A DNA stretch of 64,000 bases from assembly GCA_030141605.1 (NCBI GenBank), contig JAQGDQ010000015.1, positions 558,001 to 622,000 on the forward strand, given 5' to 3'. Within the stretch, counting starts at the first letter, position 1. Each line of letters begins with the position of its first letter. This DNA is from Tubiluchus corallicola (taxonomy: Eukaryota > Animalia > Priapulida). The notes under the pieces were generated by a model. That model did not search any database and was not told where the DNA came from. It saw nothing but the letters and a program-made list of their open reading frames with translations. Positions 1 through 13,899 of the stretch are shown in pieces. A program made the translations under genes and the position numbers.

Positions 1-951
1 GCAAAACTGTTAAAGAGGCACTAACTCATAATGCTTGATGGTGGTGCCGTCTTCTACTGTAATTATTGCTGGATTAACACAAGCTGGTGTACCTTCTGTA
101 AGGGTAGTTATGGAGACCAAGTGTAGCTCGAGATTAGATCAAAAATTGTTTTTCTGTATTTAGTGTGAACAGATTCTCCCACTCAGAGCGCTAATGTAAG
201 TTAGGACTTTTAAATATTGTCCTTTCATATGTACGTACTACTAACAAAAAGAGACTGTAAAGTAAATCGGATATCATAACCAATGATGAAAAAATGGGCT
301 TATAACTACTAACGAAAACCCCTAATCTTCTCTAATCAAAGATATATGTATGCAATACCAACCGTCAAGTTGAATAAAAACGATGATTTTACATTAAAGT
401 TTACCATCAGATAAGTGAGGCAAACTCATTCATCACCGCAGAAATGTGTTTTTCAGATTTTTCTATTGCCTAGATAAAATCAAGTGAAGCCCCGTTGTCT
501 AGCTTATTTGCATATGCAGACAAGCATGCACCTATTTCCTCATTCTAGTCTAACAGAATAATGCAGAACGATAAAGAAAGCACAACAAAGTTTACCTACG
601 TTTGACAGGCTTTATACATGACTTTCTTGCCGCGAAATACTTCTACTGTTAGCAGAAACAGATGACTAAATACGAAAACGTGCTAAAACAAAATGATTTT
701 TGCACTGGTTGTCAAGACATTTTACTTCGGAAAAAGTAAAACAAACCAGTTAACTTTAAATAAGCTAATTAAAATACTGTAATTTAGGAAAAACATTTTG
801 AATGGACGCACAAATTCATCATCACCCATGAAGTCAGCTGTCAAAAAGAAAAATGTATCTCTTTCAACGACATAATTATAATATAATCATATTAATAGCT
901 TATAAAGCAAAGTGTAATGATAGCATACAATGATAATGAATCATGAATAGC

Positions 952-1017
952 GGTGATGATTTTGATGATGATGATGACGACGATGTACGACGGTGGTAAT
1001 GACGCTGACAGTGATGA
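952..1017. repeat. (GAT/GAC)n low-complexity repeat
   Basis: gatgatgatgatgacgacgat run. Confidence 0.8.
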
Positions 1018-4000
1018 GTAAAAAATAGAAATTAAATATCAAAAATATTAATCATTTAAAATCATGAGAAAGATAAATGAGATATTACTATTAATCTCGT
1101 GTTTACGCTGGGAAGCTAAACAATTTCAGCAAAAAGTGAAAATCAAAATTAGCACTGCAAAATCAGTGAACACAAGTTTTGCCATAAATACGTTATGCTT
1201 AGTCAGTCTAATATGATCATTAATCGCAGAATTAGTACACCCTAAAAAGGTTTAGACGACACAGAAGTTTATTCTTTATAATTCGTATTTAGTTACTTTT
1301 GTCATCAAGCGTCTGCCGTGTTGTGCACCCGAATTGGCGGGCAACTATTCGTTAGTTAACTGTATAGCGTTTTACAAAATATTTATTATACAGTTAGGTT
1401 TGTTATTTATGACTTTAGATATTTTAGATTTATTGTTCTTTAAATCAAGACGAAGCGGCTAAAGATCGACTTAATAACAACAGTTCAGTAATCACTGAAT
1501 CAAAAATCATTAGGATAGTTCAAAGTCGAGAAGGTCAAAATCAGCCATTAAAACGCACTAATTTGTTTCTGACAAATAGGTGTAGGTTTGTTATTAAATA
1601 GAAATTCTCTCCTTTTTAAGTTAATATTAGTTTGTCGCTTTTTGAAATCAAACAGTGGCTTCCGCTTGTGAGTCTGTTACTGGCAGCACGAAATTAAAAG
1701 CTTCATTGTTTCAATGAAATGAAAAGCGTCCAGAGAGTGTGGTAGGTAGATCTCATATTAGTTAATTCTTAGTCGAAAAAATTGCATTGTTTCAGTTTAT
1801 ATAACTAATCCAATATAATTTATTGTTTCGACTCTAATTCCTTTTTTTGCAGATAAACAAAACCGGAATCGAAGTGCGCGTGAAAAACTTTAATCAAGAA
1901 GTGAATGCGAGCAAATTCTCAAGGATTTTAATCGACTCCAAATTGACCAGCAACGGGTGAATATGAACGAAATTATTCCATTTTATGCAGTAATGAAATA
2001 TTTTCTGTGATTAAATGTATTGTAGTCGCTCCACATTAATCTTAGTCACATGTCCACCGAGGACCACCGAATTACTGCACTGAAATTAGATACAAGCTGC
2101 TCTATGACTATTAACCCTTATCAATCAATAGTGGGGAATGTGCACGGTGCTCCCTACCGGGTGCCGCATGATTAATTTCTGGAGTCTTCTTTACAAATTT
2201 GACCCAGAACTGAAGTCAATAACAGAATCTACAATAACTAATTTCGAATTGCAAGTTAATTTCACCAAGTGTTGACAACATACGGTCAAGTTCATTCTGA
2301 TAAGAAAAGCCCACCGGTTTTTACACCGCAGAGGATAAATCAATTAAAAAGCAGCCCTGTAGCGTCCACTCTTGACTTTGGATTTTAATTACACGCTCAT
2401 GGAAGTTGCATCTTTGACGTGCAGATTTTAAACCGATTTTCAGATCTACACTTGGCTTTGAAACCAGTTTTAAACCATGTCCTTGACGGCACTTAGAATA
2501 TTTTAGTTATAGAACTTTCATTTAACAATAAAAGTAGCGATGCTTTTTAACGATTGCGACGATCACTTGTCTTATTCAAGTTACCCGGAATTCTGAAAAA
2601 GTTATTCAGTACTTTTTAAACATAGATAGAAAAGTTCACTGCTATTAACAGAGATTACATGGTTCCCAGACGGGTTTAGACTTTGGAAATGCACCCAACG
2701 GTTCTATTTTCTGGTACTACAAGCAGTGCATCGCAGAAAAAACAAATGCTATTGTTATAATCAGCAACTGACACTGAAAAATGGACCACTGAGCTAAGCT
2801 ATTAACATAACGTTTCCTCACCCACAGAATAGGGAGTAGAAGTAATGTGATGTCTCACTAACAAAACCAAACACATAGTAGTAATTGTTATGACGATTTT
2901 TTACACACGTCATGCGCAATTTATCGTTTCTGTGTAATGTCAGTCCTAAAAATATTCGCCCTACATGTGAGGTTAGGACTAAGGGATTTTCCCACTAATT
3001 TGTACAGATATGAACGTTATGTAATTTACTAGTTTCTTATTGCCATCGTTTGTAATACTTTGTATATAGGCTATACTATAAACGGAAAAACACTGCCTTG
3101 GTTTCCTAGCTACTGATTACTGATTAATCTAGTCTGCTAAAATAGTCGGAAATTATTAATTCCGCAATGAAAATTAGCATTCGTGCATTCGGGAAATGAT
3201 GTATTGGATATCCAAAATGGCACTGTTGACATAACTGTATAGGAAAAATAGATTAAGCAAATACATTATGTTGTGGACTAGTGCGCCTATGGTGACAGTT
3301 CCTACAGTTAGTCTCTATCCCTTACTATACAGATAAAATGCTAACTGTATATTTCATATGTATAGGCCTATATAGCAACATAGTTTGAATGTTTCTGGAA
3401 TTTATTTTTTACCCGCTTTTTTAGATCAGCAATAAGTTTACACAGGGTACGTCACGACAGTGCAGTGTGGTAAACACTTTCTATACTAAAAGCCTAAAAT
3501 TATATGTAATTTTGGCGAAAATTGGGCACTATATGTCTTATATAGTCATCTAATACATGTATTTATATTGTAATATTAAGTCTTGTAATGCTTTTAAATA
3601 CGAAAATAGCTTTGTCTCGGTGTAAATAAAAATCGTAAAACCAATCTCGAAAAAACGAATCATACTGCACCCACTATCCTCTTCCCCTCCTTTCAAATAA
3701 CTAGTTCCATGATCTAGTGATACAGGGTCACTAACTAACAGACGTAACAATGCGGTGACCGTTCATTGCCTCATTAATCAAAATATGATGCTAGATGAGC
3801 AAAGCTAATATCCTTTCTATTAGTCGACTTGTATGCTGGCTTCCTAAATTAAGTTTTGATGAAACCTCCAATATAGAATAACACTCCCCGAAATTGGCTT
3901 TAAGCTGTAGGCTTACTTGCACAAACTGTAAGTGTGTAACTTAGGCTGAGGAACTAATTTTTATAAAAAAAATCAATCTGTTCAATTAGAATCACTATAT

Positions 4001-4449
4001 AGTGTAAGCCACCATCTAACACTGGGTGTGCTGAATTTTGTTGGCCAACTATAAGGGATGAACTTTGGACTGCCCTTGATCACGAGCGAATATAATTACT
4101 AGAGGTCTCAGCCCTCTGCCTTGTTAGCAGAAGGCCCCAGGTTAATTAATTAGTCATTAATTTCATTTTTTGTATTTTATGTAAACAATTCATTATATTT
4201 GATATCATAAGCAACGTTCATATTTGTTCTATCTTCCGTTTTTTTTGTTTTACAGTAATGTACGATAGCTATGATTGTATTGCACATTAACTTATTGAAA
4301 ATTTATAACCATCAAGCGAAAAGTCCCATAATGAAAGGTTTACTAGTTCTGCAAGGTAAATAAACTAAATGTTTGTAAATGTAGTAACAATAAATAGAAG
4401 GACGCACCAGCCAAACACCAAAAAACTATTAAATATTTTTGAATATAAT

Positions 4450-4455
4450 TTTATT
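4450..4455 (-). terminator. Candidate distal poly(A) signal of ELAV (AATAAA on the minus strand)
   Basis: The plus strand reads tttatt. On the transcript strand it is followed by a GU/U-rich element (UUUUUUGGUGUUUGGCUGGUG, ~4405-4425). Other AATAAA hexamers lie at 4571, 4614, 5596, 6753 and 7303. Confidence 0.55.
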
Positions 4456-5033
4456 GTATAAGTTTTAACATGAAAAAGTACAAATATTGCAATACAACCG
4501 AAACTACACACAACTGTCGGTTCTTTAGTTATTAGTCATCGGTGTGTGCCGCATTAAAGTACAGAAATACTTTATTTACTTTTTTGCGTATCACTAAAGT
4601 AACCAAGTACTTTTTTATTTAACGTGAGTGCAGCAATAGGAGAGAATAATACCATTTCTACCTGGGATTACTCTCATCTGAGTTTTAACTTTTAACAGTG
4701 TCAGAAAACGTACAACGCATTATTTTTTACCACTGCAAAAATTTTACCAAAAACAATTTAAAAGCTCCATTTTTTACGTACAAGTTTCAATTCTTCCTAA
4801 ATTAGTTTCATCAGGCATCAAAATTAGCGGCATTTTGGAAAGTGCAATATTCTGCATTGTCGCTGACATATTTGTTTAATATACTTTGCCAATAAAATAA
4901 CCAACTAAAAAGCCAATTATAAAGAAATTACTAGGCCAATTGTACATTATGTACTAGACGCGTCTGCTTAGGAAACAAACATTCCAAGCAAATCTTGTCC
5001 ATTCATAAATGTACAAGTAAATAATAGTAATAT

Positions 5034-5056
5034 TAATAATAATAATAATAATAATA
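5034..5056. repeat. (AAT)n microsatellite; reads (UAU)n in the ELAV 3'UTR
   Basis: taataataataataataataata. Confidence 0.9.
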
Positions 5057-8000
5057 CATGTAATACCAAGTAAATTTTTAACTTCAAACCAACTAATAAT
5101 AGGAGTCAATAGTTATACAATACATTGAAAAAGACCAAATAGGGAAAAAGAATCCAGAATTAAGTAGCATGGCTAAGTGAGAGTAACTATAAACTATTAA
5201 TAAAATGGGTATTATAATACAAACTGACACAAAAGCTATTCAGCAATGGACATATTAAGTCCAACTGCACAAAAACAAAAACAAACTGTTTGTTAATACA
5301 CTCTGTTAAAATAAAATAAAATAAATAGACCTCCCTGGGCGTAGAACTACAGTAAAACAAAACTAAAATGCGTAACTTTTCCATCACTAGAAATGAATCA
5401 CTTTGCCAGTTCAAAAGTACATCAAGTCTCAATTAGATAGCAAATAATGGGAAAATAAATTTAGTTTTCATAGAATGGCAGACAGGCCATAAGCATACAA
5501 GGGAGTAGTTTTTAATCGCTTGCGTTTTTGATTGTATTATGCAAACAATTATTGTCGGTGACTAGATGCCATCTTTGGTTTTCACAAAATATATTTTTAT
5601 TGCACAAAATAGGTAGGATATTATATAGGATATGACTTTAGATGCAGTGGAAACTTGAGCACATTATATAAAAAAAATCAGATGGAAGATCAATTTTTTG
5701 CCGGATACAGAATTCAAAAATAACTACGAGAAAAGACAGGCTCCAAAAAAAGAGAAAAAAACTGGCAAAAAACAGACCTTACGAGCACAAACAACAAAAG
5801 TACCAAAAAATTTAAATGTCACAACTAATTCAGATCATCATAAAACCAACAGCATGTGAATGAATTCATAAAACGTCTGCATACTTAGAATGATATTTAT
5901 ACTGGCTCTTTGTTTTAACACAACACTAAATTCGAATAGAAATAAGCCAATCACACAACAACAATTATATATGTATATGAATCCAACAATATACCGGTCA
6001 AAAACCACATAAAATTTGCATTCCAAAATTGCATACAGATCGATTTGTAAATTGAAATAGCTCAGTGTCATATAAGCTAATTTCTCTCGTTTTTACAAAA
6101 CGTGCATAATTACATTATCCGCCTAGAGCTAAATTACTAAATGTGCACATCTTTGTTATTGTGAACCCACAATTTTGCGAAACCTACAGCTTTTGGCAGT
6201 TTTACGTTCACGCATACATAGACTGTGCAACTCGCAATGTTGCAACTTGCACAATACTTGTTAGTACTAAACAGTGCTATTAAAAACACTCGTTTTGCGC
6301 AAATCCATTTAGCATAAAGCCCGTTTTTACAAGAAACGTGCACAAAAGCAAAAGTAGCAGGAACGTAAGGCTCTTTCTGCAAAATCTGTATGCATTCCAC
6401 TTGCTATTCAACAGTCACAAAAATCAATAACTCCTCTAATGATTACACTGGGGAGTTGGTCGTATTTTTACAAAACAATAATGGGAGCACTGAGCAGCTA
6501 CGCACCCTCCCCCAAGCACCTGTCTTTCTTTCACTAACAACACGTCCGCGCTTAGGAATGTCTACTTGTCAATATAAATTTTACATCTTTTCAAATATAA
6601 TTATCATGATCATATATGCTCAAGACCCTTTTGGGGAAAAACAGGTATCAAAGTTTGTTTTTTATCTAAAGATAATACATCATTATGTACATATCTCATT
6701 GAAATGCATATGAAAAATTTCAAATTCATTGAGTAATAGTTAGTGTATAGATTTTATTACAATTGCAGGAGACCCAGCAAGGTCTGACTAGCGGGCAGAG
6801 AAGACAATTTCACAATAACTCACCATAGCTGGCATTACATGTCAGCGAATACAGAGGTAATAATAATTGGGCAAAAAAGAAAATGCTGAAAGTTTTTTGA
6901 AACTTTCGCCAATATATCTCTACACAGCGAGTTTTCAACTCTTCAAGTCAGACTCTGCTGGGGCTCTGGAAGAACAATTTCACACACCATCAGGGTGAAT
7001 CAACACAGCACGCATATTGCAATGCTCCCCTATACAAATTCAAATCCCCTTTCATAGTACAAAAATAGACCTTCATTGGAAGTTGACAGAGTGGCGGGGT
7101 TCATAAACAATTCAACACATAATCTCTTTAAAGTGAATTACTTATACATTAACGGGTTATGAGTAGCATGCAATCAGGCCTCCGTACTTGATTTAACAAT
7201 GTCCCAAATAGATTTTTAAATTTAAGTAAATTTAAAACACTTAGTAAAATACTTTACATTGAAAGGCGCAAACTAAGTTAAACACACATGTTGAAGAAGG
7301 CTTTTATTCTATAGATATATCAAATAATGCATGCAGCTCTATTATGCACCCATCACAAAACCAGGGCCACAACTATTGGTTGGTTGTAATGCAGAAGTTC
7401 TGCTTACTTGACAAGCAAGTAAATTAGACAAATAAATAGCGTTTAGTAACCAAGATCTAAAACATTCACATACCCTGTTAGTATGACTGCTAAACTAGAT
7501 AAGAAAAAACAGAATAAAAAATTTTCAATTCTCAAAGATGCAACTTTGAACGAAACAAATAACAACAATGAACGAAAGGGTAAAAAACTGGATCTACTTA
7601 AAATGAACAAAAAAGCTTACTTGTCTGGAATCAGGCAACCTTCTTATCCAGGCAAACAAAATCTTTAATCTTTAACATGCTGTCCCAGTATTTTGATCTT
7701 TCCTAACTGATCTCTGTGCCTTAAAATGCATTTGGCTAATCAGGTAGGCATATGATCCAAATTAAGATTCCATAATTTTCTTATTAAAAATTTTCATTGC
7801 TTAAAAAATCAGCTGATAAGAAGCTATTTGAAGATTCTTCACAAAAATGTTGAGTGACCGGTATCAGACCAATGAAAGGGTTCCTCGGGAAGGCTCTCAA
7901 GTTATATCAAAACTTGCAGAAGAGGCACTGTTGCACCAATAGGAGACTAAAAAATTCTGATCAAACACGTTTTTGTTGTTTGAGTTAACAGTAAACATGT

Positions 8001-8215
8001 AGTTGAAAACTGAGGAATTTCTTAGCTGCTAGATGTGTAGCTTTGCAGCGAAAGCCCCATCTGCAAGCATGCCACAGATGAAGTCGGGGCAGAGCTGCTT
8101 TTAAGCTGCGTAAATCCCAATAAGAAAATCATAGATCTGTTCTAAATGTTCGAAGATTTGCGCCTCCCAAAACCGACTCTGCCAGCCGAGCTCCATGGTG
8201 TCTGCCTGACTCAGC

Positions 8216-8292
8216 CTAACTGTTGTAAAATTGAATAAGTAACTCCTGGGCCGTCTGATCATCCTGGAGGCCTTGGGTGGCTCTCAAAAAGC
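8216..8292 (-). CDS. elav: Candidate alternative terminal coding exon of ELAV, (R)FLRATQGLQDDQTAQELLIQFYNS*
   Basis: A strong acceptor (tttctttctccttgttttag|GC at 8293/8292) pairs with the donor CAC|GTAAGC at 8551/8550. The intron is 258 nt and AT-rich, and the frame stays open to TAG at 8218-8216. Confidence 0.5.
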
Positions 8293-8539
8293 CTAAAACA
8301 AGGAGAAAGAAACCAACTAGAGCTCATAAGAGGCAATAAATGTCAAACAAATTAAAATAAAACTTAAGTTGAATGTTTAGCATTTACGACTTCGCCACAT
8401 ATGTAAGTATAAAATAATAAACTAAAGAGGATTTCATTTAAATTTGCAGGTGTTCCATTCTTGTTCTTAATTTAGAAATAGTTCATATACACTAGAATAA
8501 TATCACATTTACAGTCCAACGATGACTAGGCTGGGCATG

Positions 8540-8914
<375 letters not shown>

Positions 8915-9408
8915 TCAGAGTCTAATAAAATCCAAGAAAAGACATTTTTAGGTATGTTTGCTGGTATGGCAAGGGGCTAGCTGCATTAGTTTAGTAGTCA
9001 TATGGTTGGACTTATAATGCAATGGTTTTTTGTTCAAATCCAGGCTCAATCCCAATTTTTTTGCATTTCCTTTTCTCTAAAGGTCTGCAATCAAATTTTA
9101 CTGGAAGCACAACTGAAACAGCACGAAAAAATTGCCAAGTCCCTGATGTTTTATCGACAGCAAAAAGGATTACGAAAAAGTCATCAACTTTCTGATGATT
9201 ACCATGAAGACTGAATGGTAAGTATTGATGCTGAGCCTTCAGACCTTCAATTGTACTTGGATAAGTGTCAAAGCATTGAAAATTCAAGATTTTTGAGGAC
9301 TTCTGTGAAGTGTGAATTTTTAAAAATCAAAGTTTGATTTGAATCATGTACACTTGGACAATAAAAGTAATGAAAACTAACAAGTAATTTCGGATGCTTT
9401 ATAACTTA

Positions 9409-9738
<330 letters not shown>

Positions 9739-12428
9739 TTAGTTTCAAGCACCATGTCTTGCCACAATCACCGTCCTGGTGAGCGTCTAAAGTTTTTAAT
9801 GCACTTCAACACACAGCAAGCATTCAATGGCAAGGCTACTCAACGCAATATTTATGGTGTGACCAGAGCATAGCTCATTTGGATATACCTCCAAGGTAAT
9901 CATTTAACTAGCAGAGTTCTTACAATCCCTTTACAATGTAAACAGTCTGAAGAATCTGAATGAAATCATCCAAACAACTGTCGAATCAAAGTGGTCACGA
10001 GTCTGACGTATATACGCGAAACTACTCAGCTATAAACCCTGCCACAAACCTGGCTAAAAATCCTGGACTGTGCGAAATTGAATAAAAAACAGCTTTTGCC
10101 AAGTGCCACTAACTACAGAAAGTTATTAAACCTATACTGTGCACTAACTAGTTCGCTACAATAATTATTTGTGAATAATTTGCCCTTGTTACTGACGGAC
10201 CTAAACCATTTGTCACTTACACAGCCTTAAGCGGTTTAATATTTTGTCTTTTATGTAGAATGACGAGCTTTTTGCAAAATTGCAAAAAGGCTAATGGGAC
10301 TGTTTCTAGAAAAGTAGGCCTACGGGTAAGTTACGTTTATTTCGAGGTGTAATTTATTCGGGCCTCTCTCAAAGTTAACTATCAGAGACAAAGTCGAGCT
10401 GTAGCAATAGAGGTACAATTTAGAGAAAAATGGAAAAAAAATGCGTTGAAAGCTTAGCATGTTTTGAATTACTAAACTAACATAATATTATAGTATTGCA
10501 TTTCTTAGATCATGATGCCGAGTTGTCCACAAATTTGTGAAATAAGCGTTTTATCCTTTTTTGTTGCTTAAACTGACACCGAGGTCTTATCGAGCTTTAG
10601 TTCAGAAACATTTGATGAACAAATTTGTTGGTCAAAACATTGAGAATATGGCTTGCTAATTCAACAGGCACTCAAACAGCACATTAATACTATTTAACGT
10701 AACTGGATTATTCCTGCTAATATTGTTGTTTTCTAATTTTCTGGCACCAGCTTGTTGGTGCAAACGTTAAAGATCTGTGACGATATTTTTATATCAGCCG
10801 GTGCAGTCGTGGCCTAATTTAGCTACTTATGCCGTTATATCAGAATTTCATTAGTTTCTCGGATAAAACTGGCACAGAGATTGACATGGCGGATGTACAA
10901 ACTTAAAAAGCGCATCCACTGGGAAAGGCTACAAAGCTAATATCAGTAACACTTTGAATGCCAAAAGGCTTCTTGAACACTTTTTCCAGAAGATGTTAAT
11001 TGACAGGAGACGCGTGTTCGCAAAAGATAACCTTCACACTCCGCGAGTTGCACGTTGAAACCCGTTCCACGTGGCGTAGACATGGCCTCCTGACTTATGA
11101 GCTTGCACCACATTCTAATGTGACGCCCGCTGCTGAATTTCTAATATTGACTTTTGTATTCATTACTGCGCCAGCTTCATTAGGAGTCTACTGTGTTGTG
11201 TTTATTTCAGTATAATGTTACGTTCAAGCGATATACTGACGACACTATAAGAACACCTTTTTATCTGGATGAACATCTAGAACAGGGGATGTTTGCTCCA
11301 CAGTTACTCAAAATGCTTACAAAAATCACTGCTAAACATAGTACACAAAAAGAGTTGACGAACGTAACACAGAAATGAATACCCCCTTGCAATGAAAACA
11401 AAGAGACAAGCTTAATTTTGGTCACTTTAAAAAAGAATATTTCCACAATTTTGATGCAAGTAATGCTTCTAAAAGCGAAACGCCATAAACCACAAAAGCA
11501 CCTGCACCTTTTGACTAGACATTTTACCACAGCTTTTACAAAATTCCAAAAACCAGAAAAGCAACTTAATTTTTTGACCAGTCATTCAAGGTATATAACG
11601 ATGCGTACATTATTTTACAAGCTTAAAAACATCCTCACGTTTCAGAAGACATTTTAAACTACATACGTTTGGAAAGGTTTCTTTAGAACCGTAAATGACT
11701 GTTATAGGGCAATGAAATTAATGGCGAACATGCCCCATTACCAAGTAATGTGTTCAACAAGAGGTGCTTAATTTTTCATGCATGATTTCCAAGTAAAATA
11801 TTCAGGAAAATACAATTACACCCATTGCGGCCAAATCCAGTGATTTTGCTCCTCTCATGTTGCCATGCCAACAACGATGAAAAATGTCAACAAAGGTTTT
11901 AAAAGAGTAGGGTGCTATATTTGGACAGTGTGGCATTGAGATGACTCTTAATCGATATCAAGAAGGTGACAATTCTGATAAGGAGACAATTTCCTAATTA
12001 AACGCGCTAGATCGCTATGTATCTTTCTCTACGTCGCACATCAGTTTGTCTGAAATTACACTATTCGCAGTTTTTTGTATTTAAGTGGGACATTATAGGT
12101 TTCGCGAAGGGTGCACGCTGAAAATTGTATAGATAAATACTGCACAAACAAAAAGGATTTTTTTTAGCTGAGCTTTCGACAATAAGCCAGCAGCGAAGCA
12201 AAACAAAAGCTCAGCTAAAAAAATGTATAAATCAGTCGATGACAGTTTTATATGTTTACTTTTTTTCAAATTTTGATACTTATTATGTATGTGATGCTAG
12301 CTAACACCTAGGTAGAGTCATAATTTTGCTGTGTTTATTCCCACAAGTTTTTAAATTATATGGCCTACTTAAGTATTCCATGCTGCTGATATCCTAAAAT
12401 TATTAATGTCATTATCAGGGTAAACTTA

Positions 12429-12641
<213 letters not shown>

Positions 12642-13663
12642 TTAAGACTTAAATTCAGTATTTAAGTAAAAACCAACCGCACTGCAAATTGCGAATTATT
12701 TATTCCAGGAAAATTAGGCACAAAAATGTTTAACAAACTCAATATTTGAACAGGAGACTTTATACATCTTCCCTCAGAGCCCAAATCCAGAAATTCAGAC
12801 TCGCGTTTCGATCTAATTTGCCTTCAAAATTTAATAAATGACGAATTTATTTACTAATTTAAAATCATATCGGCTTTAATTAGTTAGTTAACTCAACAGG
12901 TTTTAGTCTAAAATTCTATAACAGATTTTGGAGAAAAAAGTAATCACATTTCTTAAAACATGACTCTGTTACCAGTAGTATAAAACGTCAAATGCACTTT
13001 TAGTACGAAGACAGTTCTTTCATTTCAATAAATCGAAAATGTAATTCAAATTCTCCAAAATCTAGAACGTCATAATAAAAAAGGGACTTCCTAAAGGTGT
13101 ACCTAATCACGGCAGGTTCACCGTTTTTGTTCGCTTTCTTAACGCATACCAGACTACAGAAAGGTTAAGTACAAAACCCCCGGACGAGAAATGACAATAA
13201 TAGCTAGTGACAGATGAGACGGAGCTGAGAAATTACACATTCTGGAAGCTTGTCTATTATTGATTGAAAACACCAAGCTTATTCAGTAACTACAGCTACT
13301 GGCTGCCGCTTCTGTTTTTGGGATAAACGAGGGAAGAGGATACTCTATCGACTCGAGATGCACACAATCTATTCACTCGCTGTTACATTTACCCAAGAAT
13401 GCCACGTAGTTAATGGCCAGCGACAAACAATGTGGGTTATTCAACTTGGGAAAAGCAGTTCAAACGATATTAATGGCTGTGAGAGGGGCCAATAGAGCCT
13501 TCTGCGGACTGCTTTTTAATAGTTGTGTAGTTTAACAGTTTAATAGAAATTAGCCATATGAAGTATTAAGAATGGTGAATAGAAAAGTACAACAACGACA
13601 ACAAATGTAAGACTATGTAATGCACTGCATAAAGCGTAGTATTTAAAAAAATAAATAATATTA

Positions 13664-13876
<213 letters not shown>

Positions 13877-13899
13877 CTATGGGGTGCAATTCCTTTTTC

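Larger units (their letters stand above)
4430..8215 (-). other. elav: Putative long U-rich 3'UTR of ELAV (~3.8-4.1 kb) with tandem poly(A) signals
   Basis: Lies downstream of the stop codon. The plus strand has strong A-run skew (U-rich mRNA, e.g. 5270-5330 and 5740-5815), several AATAAA hexamers and miRNA seed matches. Long 3'UTRs are typical of ELAV/Hu genes. Confidence 0.6.
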
